Shown piece after piece: positions 20,915 to 31,533 of a stretch of DNA of 64,000 nt. Numbering within the stretch: the stretch's first letter is position 1; the number at the start of each line of letters is the position of its first letter. The translations under genes were made by a program, and so were the position numbers. Source of the DNA: a virus; IMG/VR virus record IMGVR_UViG_3300032304_002326, positions 1 through 64,000 of that record; one strand, written 5' to 3'. The notes under the pieces are model-generated. The model saw nothing but the letters and a program-made list of their open reading frames with translations. It did not search any database and was not told the origin of the DNA.

Positions 20915-21682
20915 ATGATTGATAGTAAAGAAACTGGTGTTTATAAAATAACTAATTTAAATAATAATAAAGTTTATATTGGTAGTTCTACTTCTGAGCG
21001 AGATGGGTTTAAAGATAGAATAAATACCCACATTAGATTGTTAAATAATAAAAAACACCCAAATAAACATTTACAAAGTTCTTGGGATAAATATAGTTAT
21101 AAATCTTTTAAATTTGAAATTTTAGAAATAATTAAAGGTAAAGATAAAATAATTGAAAGAGAACAATATTATATTGACTTATATGGGGTGATTAACCCAA
21201 ATATTGGTTATAATAAAGCACCAATAGCAAATAGTCAGTTAGGTTTTAAACATTCAGAAGAAAGTAAACGTAAAATGTCTAAAGCTGCTAAAAGTAGGTC
21301 TAAAGAAATTTCAGAAAGAATGAAAAAAATAATGACTGGTAAAAAAATGAGTGATGAAACAAAGGAAAAAATATCAAAAAAAATAAAAGGAATTAAAAGA
21401 AATTATGAGTTTAAAAATAAAATGAGTATTATTGCTAAAAATAGGGTAGTTAGTGATGATACTAAAAATAAAATCAGTAAAACAAAAACGGGTAAAATAT
21501 CTAAAAAAAGGAAAAAAGTTATACAATTAGATTTGTATGGTAATTTAATTAAAATATGGTCTTTTGCTGGTGAAGCTGAAAGTGAATTAAATATAACTAG
21601 AGGTAAAATAAGTGCAGTTTGTTTAAATAATAGAAAAACAGCTGGTGGATTTAAATGGAAATATAAAAATGAAATGGATTAA
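20915..21682 (+). mobile_element. Free-standing GIY-YIG homing endonuclease with NUMOD3/NUMOD1 repeats
   Basis: GVYKITN...VYIGSS...R...H...EREQYYID...GYN; HSEESKRKMS repeats; terminal ISAVCLNNRKTAGGFKWKY. Confidence 0.9.
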
Positions 21683-22679
21683 AAAACAAATGTTAAATCT
21701 AACATTAGCTATAAGTAATGTTGAAAAAAATGCATTAAATCAGGAAGGTATAGATGGCGGTATTGAAACTGGGAAATACCAGAGATTGAACCAAAATTCA
21801 TTGATGGATGCCCTACTTAGGGGGGAGATGAATGATGAGGTTGAAAAATTGCGTTGGAGAATATACAAAACTTCATCAGCTATTAAAAATTATGGAACCA
21901 AAGTGGTTGGTTATACAATTGACGGGCACCCAATAACTAAAATTACTTATGTTGGTGATGAAGAAAGGTTAGCTAAAATTAAAAAAGAACCTTCTGATGA
22001 ATACGAATTAATAATGGTGGTTGATAATACCAACGTTAGTGCTAGTGTTTTCTCATCATTAAATTTAGATATTGATGAATACGATGAACCTATCGACTCA
22101 AAAACAACAAACATAATTAATAAGGATGATGCACCAAAAGGTTTCACTATAGATGTAGATGATGAGATTAATAATGGTAGTAATATTGAGTTAGGTGATG
22201 ATGAAATAAAAACTATTGGGGAAGTTAAAGATAATAAAGTTGAATTAAATCTACCAATAAGTATAACTAGGGAACACAGGCCAAAATTTGAATTAGAAAA
22301 TTACACCAAAAAACTACATGTTAAGGAAATAAATGATAAAGAATTTTTATTAGAGTTTTTCATTTCAAAATACCCAAATCAGTTTGATAAAAAAAGTGAT
22401 TTTTTCTTATCGGATATTAAAAAATTGATATCACAACCAAAAAGATATAACTCAATTATCGATATAAATACAGTATCATTCGTTACCAATAATACAGTTG
22501 GTGTTCCAGACTTTTTAGAATTTGAATACAATGTTAAAAAATTTGACAAAATTGTTGAGTTCAATGAATTTTACGTTGTTAAATTTATTTCAGAAGTAAC
22601 TATTGAAGCTAAAAGTATTATTGATAAGTTCAGAAATGAAGAACTTGACGAAAAATATAAAAACAAAGAAAAAAGATAA
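21669..22679 (+). CDS. Hypothetical protein with start supplied by the endonuclease cassette
   Basis: ATG 21669 (MKWIKKQML) overlaps the end of the GIY-YIG gene. Confidence 0.65.
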   Translation: MKWIKKQMLNLTLAISNVEKNALNQEGIDGGIETGKYQRLNQNSLMDALLRGEMNDEVEKLRWRIYKTSSAIKNYGTKVVGYTIDGHPITKITYVGDEERLAKIKKEPSDEYELIMVVDNTNVSASVFSSLNLDIDEYDEPIDSKTTNIINKDDAPKGFTIDVDDEINNGSNIELGDDEIKTIGEVKDNKVELNLPISITREHRPKFELENYTKKLHVKEINDKEFLLEFFISKYPNQFDKKSDFFLSDIKKLISQPKRYNSIIDINTVSFVTNNTVGVPDFLEFEYNVKKFDKIVEFNEFYVVKFISEVTIEAKSIIDKFRNEELDEKYKNKEKR

Positions 22680-22684
22680 AATAT

Positions 22685-23524
22685 ATGGGGAGGCCGAGAA
22701 AAGTAACTGGTGAAACTTCAGTGCCACAAACTAGAAGTGTAAAACAACCACTAACTAAAGAGCAGTTGTTGCAAAATATTAGATTATCAATTAAGTGTAA
22801 AAATGAGACTCAAAAAAAATTAATACACACAATAAAAAATAATGATGTTACAATATGTACTGGTCCAGCTGGTACTGGTAAAACGTTTTTATCTTGTTAT
22901 GAATCTATTAATCAACTTAAAAATAATAATTTAATTAATAAAATCGTGATAGTTAAATCAGTTACAACATTAAAAAATGAAGAAATAGGATTTTTAAAAG
23001 GTTCATTAGAAGAAAAAATGGAACCATTTGTATATTCATTTATTAAAAATTTTGAAAAAATAATTGGATTAGACTTAACTAATAAATTAAAGGATGAAAA
23101 TATTATTGAAGTGTTACCAATTGCATACATGAGAGGTATAAATATTGATAATGCTGTGGTTATAATAGACGAAGTTCAAAACATATCAATAGATAATATT
23201 AGAACTATATTAACTAGGTTAGGAGAAAATAGTAAAATGATATTATTAGGTGATATTAACCAAATAGATATGAAATATAAAAAAGACAGTGCTCTAGAAT
23301 TTTTAATTAATAATTTTAAAAACACTTCAAATATTGGACTTATTGAATTCAATAATAGTGAAATTATAAGACACCCATTAATTATAAAAATAGAAGAAAT
23401 ATTTAATAATTACGATAAATCAAATACTCAAAATAAAGTTAAAGTTATCAATAATAAACCAGTTATAATTAGAAAAAAAATTAGCTTATTAAAGTTATTA
23501 TTTAATAAAATATTCGGTAGATAA
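22685..23524 (+). CDS. phoH: PhoH-family ATPase
   Basis: GPAGTGKT, GFLKG, AYMRG, IIDEVQN, TRLGENSKMILLGDINQID, RHPL. Confidence 0.92.
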   Translation: MGRPRKVTGETSVPQTRSVKQPLTKEQLLQNIRLSIKCKNETQKKLIHTIKNNDVTICTGPAGTGKTFLSCYESINQLKNNNLINKIVIVKSVTTLKNEEIGFLKGSLEEKMEPFVYSFIKNFEKIIGLDLTNKLKDENIIEVLPIAYMRGINIDNAVVIIDEVQNISIDNIRTILTRLGENSKMILLGDINQIDMKYKKDSALEFLINNFKNTSNIGLIEFNNSEIIRHPLIIKIEEIFNNYDKSNTQNKVKVINNKPVIIRKKISLLKLLFNKIFGR

Positions 23525-24331
23525 ATTTAATAAACCTAATCTATATAATTTTTGATAGGTAGGGTTATCATTTTCCCTAAATTCTTTTTTATTTTTATAT
23601 TTTGATGCTATTTTATATAAGTCTTCAATAGAAATTATATTAGAATATATATCACCAATAATGATATTATTAATATCATCCTTATTTATTTGTTTTTTTA
23701 AAAATTTATTTATAACTGGTAAATTATTAATAATTTGTTCTTTTATATCCAACTCATATTTACGACTATGTTCATTAATAATAATTAGCAATATATTTTT
23801 TTTAAAACATAAATCACACTTAAATGAATTATCATTATGTTGGTGCCAACCCTTACCATTATATTCAAAAGCTATTTTTAAGTCATCAACATAAATATCT
23901 AACTCATATGGTTTAATTATTTTCCTTGTATTGTATAAAACATCAGATTTAAATAATTTAACAATTATATCTTTTAAAATTAATTGTGGTATACTAAATG
24001 ATTTTGAAATCATATGTGAACATATGTCATTCAATATACCTTTTCTTTGTGCTGAAGAATAAGCTGAAGCATCATATTTTTTAAATTCAGACCTAGAGTT
24101 ATATTTTTTAGCAATTTCTGCTAAATTATCATAAGATAAATCACGACCAACTAATTTATTTCGCTTACCAATTAAATATGATTTAAACTCCTTACTTTTT
24201 TTCAAACCTAATCTATTAGCTTTTGATTCAAGTGATTTTTTAGATACATTTAAAATGTTACTTATTTCTAAATTTTCAGTATTTGGGTATAATTTAATAA
24301 GTTCATTAGTTAATTTTATAGACCAACTCAT
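23498..24331 (-). mobile_element. Free-standing Vsr/DUF559-like PD-(D/E)xK endonuclease, convergent on phoH
   Basis: ELDIYVDDLKIAFEYNGKGWH; repeated IAxKYxxxxEF helical units; own TATTTAT motif (24345-24351); 27-nt 3' overlap with phoH. Confidence 0.75.
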
Positions 24332-24437
24332 ATATTCTTTAAATATAAATATCCAATATACTCAAAAAAGGTAAAAATATTTTTATTTAAACTTTATTTA
24401 TTTATTTATTTTATTATCATTAAATAAAAATAAATAG

Positions 24438-25049
24438 ATGGCACGCATAGGTATTAGTATTAACGAAGTTTTAAGGGATACGTTATCCCAAATGGATTAT
24501 ACTTACAGTAAGTATATATCAGGTGAGGAATCTAAAATTACAAAAGATGAAATTACATCATTTAATTTAGAAGACCATTTTACGTTCCAATCGAAAAAAG
24601 ATTTAAACAGATTCTTATATGATGAGGCTAGTTTAGAAATCTTTGGACATGCGGACCAAATGATTGAAAATTTAATGACTAAATTTAATATGTTCTTAGT
24701 CGACATTGAGGAAGAAGAAGAGCATACAATCGAATTAGTTAGTAGAGAATACTTAAAAAGTATTCCATCAACATTATTCTTCCTATCAAAATTAGGTTGT
24801 AGAGCAGCAAATATTAGATTTGTTAAACAATATGATGAAGAATGGGGTGATGTTGATGTATTAATTACAGCAAACCCAATATCACTAAAAAACAAACCAA
24901 GCGATAAGATTTCGGTAAAAATAAATGCACCTTACAACAGTGATTGTCAAGGTGATTTTGAATTGGATTCAATTTTAGATTTTATCGAAGATGAAGCTTT
25001 AAGAACTAAAATTTTAAACACAAAAATAACAACACAAGAACAATTATAA
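24438..25049 (+). CDS. HAD-fold 5'(3')-nucleotidase-like protein (degenerate motif I)
   Basis: RIGISINEVLRD start; KINAPYN end. Confidence 0.55.
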   Translation: MARIGISINEVLRDTLSQMDYTYSKYISGEESKITKDEITSFNLEDHFTFQSKKDLNRFLYDEASLEIFGHADQMIENLMTKFNMFLVDIEEEEEHTIELVSREYLKSIPSTLFFLSKLGCRAANIRFVKQYDEEWGDVDVLITANPISLKNKPSDKISVKINAPYNSDCQGDFELDSILDFIEDEALRTKILNTKITTQEQL

Positions 25050-25050
25050 A

Positions 25051-25413
25051 ATGGAAGATATTATATTAGAATTTGGTGGCGTAGCTTATTATTTAGATTT
25101 TGATGGGATACAAAATATATTAAAATCCGATGAGGATTTAGAATCTGGTGAAGTAATTGAAACTGACACCAAAACAACCAATATTAATGGTGGGGTTGAA
25201 AAAGTTGAAATAACCACAAGACAATACCATAAAGGTAGAGAAATCGATATATCAAAATATGAAACATATAGAACTTTACTTGAAATATTACTAACACTAC
25301 AAGATGATGGTGATGATTCATTAGGTACTGAAAGAGCACTTAGTAGCGCACCATTACCATTTAAAATAGCATTTAATACTTTAGTAAAATACGGTGTACT
25401 AAAGGAATTATAA
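25051..25413 (+). CDS. Hypothetical protein
   Basis: 120-aa ORF in operon. Confidence 0.6.
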   Translation: MEDIILEFGGVAYYLDFDGIQNILKSDEDLESGEVIETDTKTTNINGGVEKVEITTRQYHKGREIDISKYETYRTLLEILLTLQDDGDDSLGTERALSSAPLPFKIAFNTLVKYGVLKEL

Positions 25414-25434
25414 TAACAAATAAAAAAAACAGAT

Positions 25435-26571
25435 ATGTCAGAAAACGTAAACAAAGTAAATGAAGAACAAGTTAATGCTGTAATTGAAAAATTGGAATCT
25501 AAAGATTTCGGCATTTATTTTTTCACATTAGACACAAAGGGTAATCCAGTAGCTGGTATTGCAAACATTTATGAACATGTAAAAGTTTTAAACCAATTAG
25601 GGTATAGAGCTTATATTTTACATGAGAAAAATGATTATAAAAAATTCGGTGACGAAGATGAAAACGGATTAGGTGATTGGTTAGGTGAAGAATATGCTAA
25701 TTTACCACACATGTCAATTGAATCTGGTGCATTAAATGTTGGTCCACAAGACTTTTTAATTATACCAGAAGCATTCTCAAGTGTAATGCAACAAAAAGAA
25801 GTTAGGTCTTTACCATGTAAAAAAATTGTATTCTCACAAAGTCATGAATACATTTTTGAATTATTACCATTAGGTAGAAGATGGACCGATTTTGGATTCA
25901 ACGATGTTATTACAACATCAAAAAAACAAGGTGAATACCTTAAAACATTATTCCCAAGTATTAAAACACATGTTGTACCAGTTGCAATCTCAAGTTACTT
26001 CAAAGCGTCAAACAAACCTAAGTTACCAATCGTAACTATTCACACTAGAAATCAAAGTGACGTTTCTAAAATTACAAAAGCATTTTATTTACAATACCCA
26101 ATCTACAAATGGTTAACATTTAAAGAATTAAGAGGTTTGTCTAAAGTACAATTTGCTGATGAACTATCTAAATCTTGTTTAGCTATTTGGGTTGACGATG
26201 TTGCTGGATTTGGTACATTCCCATTAGAAGCTATTGAGTGTGACACCCCAGTAATTGGTAAAATACCTAATATGGTTCCAGAATGGATGGAAGAATTAGA
26301 TTCAGATGGTAATTCAATTATCAAATACAATGGGTTATGGACTAATAGTACATTAAATATTCCAGAATTAATCTCAACATATATGAAAGTTTGGTTAGAG
26401 GATTCAGTTCCACAAGAACTTTTAGATGGTATGGCTGAAACAAAAGGTGTTTACAGTGAGGAAAATCAATCTAAAAAAATAGAAGAAGTTTATAGTTCAC
26501 TAGTTCAATCTAGAACTGATGAATTTAAAAACATAATCGATTCATTAAAAACTGAATCAACAATTAAATAA
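25435..26571 (+). CDS. GT-B glycosyltransferase
   Basis: GIANIYEHV, IIPE, GFGTFPLEAIECDTPVIG. Confidence 0.75.
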   Translation: MSENVNKVNEEQVNAVIEKLESKDFGIYFFTLDTKGNPVAGIANIYEHVKVLNQLGYRAYILHEKNDYKKFGDEDENGLGDWLGEEYANLPHMSIESGALNVGPQDFLIIPEAFSSVMQQKEVRSLPCKKIVFSQSHEYIFELLPLGRRWTDFGFNDVITTSKKQGEYLKTLFPSIKTHVVPVAISSYFKASNKPKLPIVTIHTRNQSDVSKITKAFYLQYPIYKWLTFKELRGLSKVQFADELSKSCLAIWVDDVAGFGTFPLEAIECDTPVIGKIPNMVPEWMEELDSDGNSIIKYNGLWTNSTLNIPELISTYMKVWLEDSVPQELLDGMAETKGVYSEENQSKKIEEVYSSLVQSRTDEFKNIIDSLKTESTIK

Positions 26572-26581
26572 TTTTTAAATT

Positions 26582-26629
26582 ATGAATAATATAACAGTAA
26601 TTATACCAAGATTTTTAGTTAGTGAATAG
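26582..26629 (+). pseudogene. Stranded original 5' end of the GT2 gene 27519..28310
   Basis: MNNITVIIPRFLVSE*; gtaattatacca at 26597-26608 recurs at 27543-27554 (ISVIIP). Confidence 0.7.
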
Positions 26630-26667
26630 TTTTACATTAGATTTACCATATTTATAAATAAAAATTT

Positions 26668-27510
26668 ATGATAATATATAAAACAACAAATTTAATTAAT
26701 GGTAAAATTTATATAGGTAAAGATGTTAAAAATAACCCAAATTATTATGGTTCTGGTAAAATATTAAAACAAGCTATAAAAAAATATGGTAAAGAAAATT
26801 TTAAAAAAGAAATATTACTTGAGTGTTTTAATAAAAAAGAATTAGAATTGGAGGAAATTAAACACATAACCAAATATTCATCAAATAACCCTAAAATCGG
26901 ATATAATGTAACTAATGGTGGGTCTGGTGGTGTAACAAAAAGAATAAAAATATACCAGTATAATAAAAATGGTGAATTTATAAAAGAATGGGAGAGTAGT
27001 GAAGTTGCATCTAGAGAATTAAATATTGATTCAAGTGCTATTAGAAAAGTTTGTAAAGGTATTTTAAAAAGTTGTGGTGGATTTATTTGGTTAGAATATA
27101 AAAAAAATAATGTAATCTATAAAACAAATAAAGAAAAAAATATATTACAATATGATATGTGTGGTAATTTCATAAAAGAATGGGTATCAATTAAAGATGC
27201 TGAAAATTATTTAAAAATAAAACCATATAGTGGTAATATTGGTTCAGTTTTAGATAAACCAAATAGGTCATCACATGGTTATATTTGGTTAACAAAATGT
27301 GATAAAATAAAAAATAAAATAAAACAATATGAACATAACTTATCAAGAAAGGTGAACCAATTAAATGATACGCATGATATTATTAAAACCTGGGAATCAA
27401 TTACTGATATATGTAAAAATTTAAAAATAAAACAAAGTACATTAATAAAATACCTTAAATTAGATAAAAAATTAGGTGGTTATTATTGGGAATATAATAA
27501 TAAAAAATAA
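26668..27510 (+). mobile_element. Free-standing GIY-YIG (Seg-like) endonuclease with three NUMOD1-like repeats
   Basis: IIYKTTNLINGKIYIGK...YYGSG...GYN; three QYxxxGxFIKEWxS...GYxW-type repeats. Confidence 0.9.
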
Positions 27511-27518
27511 TAAATAAA

Positions 27519-28310
27519 ATGAAAAAAAGAAATTTAATAAGTGTAATTATACCATTACACGAAGTACAAGAAGGAACCAATGGATTATATAAAAATGCAA
27601 TTCAAAGTGTTATTGACCAAGTTGTAAAACCATCAAATGTGTTAGTTGTAACACCAATAGGTAGTGAAGCAACTAAATTTGCAAATGACTTTGATTATGG
27701 TACTATAAAAGATTTAGTTAAAGTGATTGAAAATGATGGTAAAACGGATTTTGCATCACAAATTAATTATGGTGTTTCAAAATGTGAAACAACGTGGTTT
27801 AGTATTTTAGAATTTGATGATGAATATTCTAAAATTTGGTTTAAAAATGTGGAAACATATATTGAAGCTTATTCAGATGTTGATATTTTTATGCCTATCA
27901 TAGTTGACGTTGATGAATTTGGTTCATTTATAGGGTTTACAAATGAAGCAGTTTGGGCCAATAGTTTTTCAGAAGAACTAGGTCTTTTAGATAAAGATGC
28001 ATTACTTTCTTACCAAAACTTTAATATCGATGGTATTGTAATGAAAAAAGATATCTATGAATCATACGGTGGGTTTAAATCAAACATGCAGTTAACATTT
28101 ATTTATGAATTCTTATTAAGAATGACATATAAATCTGCTAAAGTTATGACAATCCCTAAATTTGGTTATAAACACGTAAACCAAAGAGTTGGTTCATTAT
28201 TCCATAGTTATAAATTAAATATGAATCCAGTTGAAGCGAACTGGTGGTTAAATAAAGCTAAATCTGAGTTCTACCATGAGCATGACAGAGAATTGAGCTA
28301 TGCTGAATAA
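27519..28310 (+). CDS. GT2 glycosyltransferase
   Basis: ISVIIP, INYGV, LEFDD. Confidence 0.75.
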   Translation: MKKRNLISVIIPLHEVQEGTNGLYKNAIQSVIDQVVKPSNVLVVTPIGSEATKFANDFDYGTIKDLVKVIENDGKTDFASQINYGVSKCETTWFSILEFDDEYSKIWFKNVETYIEAYSDVDIFMPIIVDVDEFGSFIGFTNEAVWANSFSEELGLLDKDALLSYQNFNIDGIVMKKDIYESYGGFKSNMQLTFIYEFLLRMTYKSAKVMTIPKFGYKHVNQRVGSLFHSYKLNMNPVEANWWLNKAKSEFYHEHDRELSYAE

Positions 28311-28320
28311 AATTTAAATA

Positions 28321-29070
28321 ATGGGCACACAACGAGGACGAAAAAGAACAAATGATTTATATTTCGGTCCAGACGAAGAGGCTGCTGTTATTAGATTTTT
28401 AGAATGTAATGATGATATAGAAAGGAATGCAATCTACAATGAATGGTTAAGAGGACCATTTGATAAAATGATTGAATCGATAATCAGAAGGTATAAATTA
28501 TATAGAAAAGGGTTTTCGTTTGAGGATTTACACTCAGACACCCTATCCTTCTTGATAACAAAAGCAGATAAATTTGAAAAAGATTCTGGCAAGAAAGCAT
28601 ATTCTTACTATGGAACAATTTGTAAACACTACATACTTGGGTTACTAATCAAAGATGATAGTAATGTAAAACAACTATATTCGTATGAAGATTTAAGTCA
28701 AGATTATTTTGACGATAGAGATGATTTACAATATGAGATTGATGATAAAGATTTTACTTTAGATAAATTTATAGTTAAATTAACGAGTGGTATTAAACTT
28801 GAAATTGATAACAATGAAACGTTACCAATTAAAAAAAGATTGAATGATAATGAAATAAAGGTTGGTTACGCACTTATCGATATTTTAGAAAATTGGGAAC
28901 AAACACTAGATGTAATGAATGGTGGGTCAAAATTCAATAAAAATTCAGTTTTGGAAACCATGCGAAATTACACCAATTTATCAACAAAAGACATAAGGTC
29001 GTCAATGAAAAGGTATAAAGATATATATTCTATATTAAAAATAGATGGGTTAGATAACGGATTTGAATAA
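28321..29070 (+). CDS. Phage sigma factor (T4 gp55-like)
   Basis: DKF...KKAYSYYGTICKHY, resembling sigma region 2 of gp55-like proteins. Confidence 0.65.
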   Translation: MGTQRGRKRTNDLYFGPDEEAAVIRFLECNDDIERNAIYNEWLRGPFDKMIESIIRRYKLYRKGFSFEDLHSDTLSFLITKADKFEKDSGKKAYSYYGTICKHYILGLLIKDDSNVKQLYSYEDLSQDYFDDRDDLQYEIDDKDFTLDKFIVKLTSGIKLEIDNNETLPIKKRLNDNEIKVGYALIDILENWEQTLDVMNGGSKFNKNSVLETMRNYTNLSTKDIRSSMKRYKDIYSILKIDGLDNGFE

Positions 29071-29083
29071 AAATCCGTTTTTT
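29054..29083 (+). terminator. Intrinsic terminator overlapping the sigma stop codon
   Basis: aacggattt-gaata-aaaatccgtt followed by a T run. Confidence 0.5.
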
Positions 29084-29124
29084 ACGTATTTATAGTATAT
29101 AACAATAACTAAAATAATTCATGT

Positions 29125-29508
29125 ATGGCTAGGAAAAAGAAACAAGAAGTCAAAATAAATAGTGTTGACAGTCTTGAAGGATTATGTCAGGAAGCATATA
29201 ATGATGCATGTGCGCAAATAAATGATGCACAAAGAACAATAAACGAAATGGTTAATTCAGCAAATCCAGAAGATGTTGATGATTTAACCAAAATAGCTAA
29301 AGGTAAAGTCGATGCATTAAAGATTAAAGATTCAGCAATTAAAATAAAACTTGAAATTGCTAAATTACAAAATGATATTATTAAAAACAATGGTGATGCT
29401 GATGCGGCCATTAAAGATAGAAGCAATGGTACAGCATCATTAGATGATTTTTCTAAAGTTAGAGAAATGATTAAAAATGGTCAAAATAATAATCCAGAAA
29501 ACGAATAA
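29125..29508 (+). CDS. Hypothetical coiled-coil protein
   Basis: 127-aa ORF after TATTTAT at 29087. Confidence 0.6.
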   Translation: MARKKKQEVKINSVDSLEGLCQEAYNDACAQINDAQRTINEMVNSANPEDVDDLTKIAKGKVDALKIKDSAIKIKLEIAKLQNDIIKNNGDADAAIKDRSNGTASLDDFSKVREMIKNGQNNNPENE

Positions 29509-29511
29509 GAT

Positions 29512-31095
29512 ATGTCAGTATACGACCAAAAGAAAAAAGTAATGGGTAATATTGCAGCATTGAATACAATAACTGAAGGTTTACCGAAATTTAAACGAAC
29601 TGATTCATTTTCAAGTATGAATAATGATGGTAATTCAACTAATTTTCTATTGGATTTAACTCAAGCTTTAATTGGTTATCAAGAATTAAAAGAAAATATT
29701 GTAGATATATTAACTAGAAAATTACCAGAAATTGAATCTGAAATTAAGAAAAAATTAAAATTAGAATTAAAAGAATATACTAGTTGTGGTGTTAACCCAA
29801 ATATCCCATCATGGTTTAAAAGTACTGGTGTTGGTGTTACATTAAAATTATCTAATATTGATTTTTTTCAAATAACAAAAACCGACCCAAAATCAGCATT
29901 TGGTTTTTTAATTTATAATGATTTTCAGTCTGGCACAAATAGCACTGATTTTAATACGTTTCTATATTCAAATATTGAACAAAATAAATCAGACTACACA
30001 CCAAACGGTGGTACACCAAGTCCATGGGGTACATCAACAGTTGGTACCAACATACTAGATTTAAAATTTAGTCCAGTTGGGAGTCCAACAATTGTACCAG
30101 TATCAACATTAGGTACACCTATTGGTAATCCAATTGGGTTACCACCTAGTGGTTTTTTAACGGTACCAAATAATAATATAATTAAAATAACTACTAACCC
30201 AGCATTCGATAATAAAACTTTATCTGAATTCAATGAAAAATTTATAGATAGTATTTATTTATTCGGTGACCCAAATAATTATGATGGTACCAAAATATTA
30301 AATGCAATTATTGATAATTTATTTGGGACTATGTCAGTTGAATTTGGTAAAACTAAGGAACAACTAAAAAAAGAGGCTGAAATAAATGAAGTATTAAAGT
30401 GTATTTTAAATTCAGATGAAAACGATTTTATTGATGATAATTATTTTGAATTCGATAACGAACAATTGAGTAAAATAGAAACAGATGTAAATAATAAAAG
30501 ATTAGGTATTAAGGTACTTGAAACATGTGGTAATTTAGTTGCAAATATACCGATTAGTGAACTTATAGATGCTAGTAATGCATTTACAGCAGCAACAGCA
30601 AATCAATTAAGTCCATTAAGTGTTGATGAATTAAAATCACAAGCAATTAGTAAAGCTATTGATAATATAGCAGCGGCTCAAGCATCAAATGCTGCCACAA
30701 TTGATATACCAACAGTTAAATATAATTTTATATTAGATTTAATAAAATCATTTACACAATCGGTAATAACTATAATTTTATCACCTAGATTAATTACTCT
30801 ATTTGCTGTTAATTTTAAAATAATATATGGTCAGTTATCAGAATATGATGGTGCTATTGATTTTATGAAGAAAAATAAAAATCTAATTATTAGTATATCT
30901 AAAACTGTGCTTGAAATAATAATTAAAATGTTAATAACTTTAGTTTTAAAATATATTAGTAAAAAACTAGCTAAAAAAATAGCAGATGATAAAAAAGAAA
31001 AAAGTGAAAATTACAATAAAGTAATGCTTAGTTTATTAGGTGTTACCCCAGATATAATAACACAAATCCAAAATATAAATTATTTTGGTGCTTAA
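29512..31095 (+). CDS. Putative virion structural protein
   Basis: 527-aa ORF in the late operon before baseplate-like genes. Confidence 0.5.
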   Translation: MSVYDQKKKVMGNIAALNTITEGLPKFKRTDSFSSMNNDGNSTNFLLDLTQALIGYQELKENIVDILTRKLPEIESEIKKKLKLELKEYTSCGVNPNIPSWFKSTGVGVTLKLSNIDFFQITKTDPKSAFGFLIYNDFQSGTNSTDFNTFLYSNIEQNKSDYTPNGGTPSPWGTSTVGTNILDLKFSPVGSPTIVPVSTLGTPIGNPIGLPPSGFLTVPNNNIIKITTNPAFDNKTLSEFNEKFIDSIYLFGDPNNYDGTKILNAIIDNLFGTMSVEFGKTKEQLKKEAEINEVLKCILNSDENDFIDDNYFEFDNEQLSKIETDVNNKRLGIKVLETCGNLVANIPISELIDASNAFTAATANQLSPLSVDELKSQAISKAIDNIAAAQASNAATIDIPTVKYNFILDLIKSFTQSVITIILSPRLITLFAVNFKIIYGQLSEYDGAIDFMKKNKNLIISISKTVLEIIIKMLITLVLKYISKKLAKKIADDKKEKSENYNKVMLSLLGVTPDIITQIQNINYFGA

Positions 31096-31107
31096 AATAT
31101 AAAAATT

Positions 31108-31533
31108 ATGGCAGAATGTAAATCAACCCAAAAAAGTTTACCAGTATCACAATCAGGTTTAAACTCAATTTCAAAAGTACTTAAAATAATATTAGGTGCA
31201 TTTAATTTACCACAAAAACCAGCTCCAAAAATTCCACCACTTTTATTATTAATTGGTGCTGAATTAAGGCCAGGCATGAGTGGTAGACAATTAGCTGCAA
31301 ATACAATATCTAAATTAGAGTCAGAAGCTGGAATACCCATGGGTGATATATTTGCTGATGGTCCAAACGCAATGGCGGCAGCTAAGTTAATAGAAAGTAA
31401 CGAAACAGTTACACACATAAAAACTAATGCTAAATCAAGTACTGTAATTAAACCAGGGTCCATCCAAGTAACAGTTGTTGGTGGTATAGGTTCAAACACA
31501 TCGCTAACACAAACTTCAGGAATCGTAATATGA
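31108..31533 (+). CDS. Hypothetical virion protein
   Basis: 141-aa ORF in operon. Confidence 0.55.
   Translation: MAECKSTQKSLPVSQSGLNSISKVLKIILGAFNLPQKPAPKIPPLLLLIGAELRPGMSGRQLAANTISKLESEAGIPMGDIFADGPNAMAAAKLIESNETVTHIKTNAKSSTVIKPGSIQVTVVGGIGSNTSLTQTSGIVI

Noticed and set aside
26494-26630. Junction hairpins at the GIY-YIG cassettes (also near 20831 and 39171)
   Set aside because: Only short AT/GU-rich pairings, expected by chance at this composition.
20858-27542. Group I introns around the GIY-YIG ORFs at 20915 and 26668
   Set aside because: Only ~60 nt or less of AT-rich flanking DNA, no recognisable intron core, and each downstream gene has its own start.
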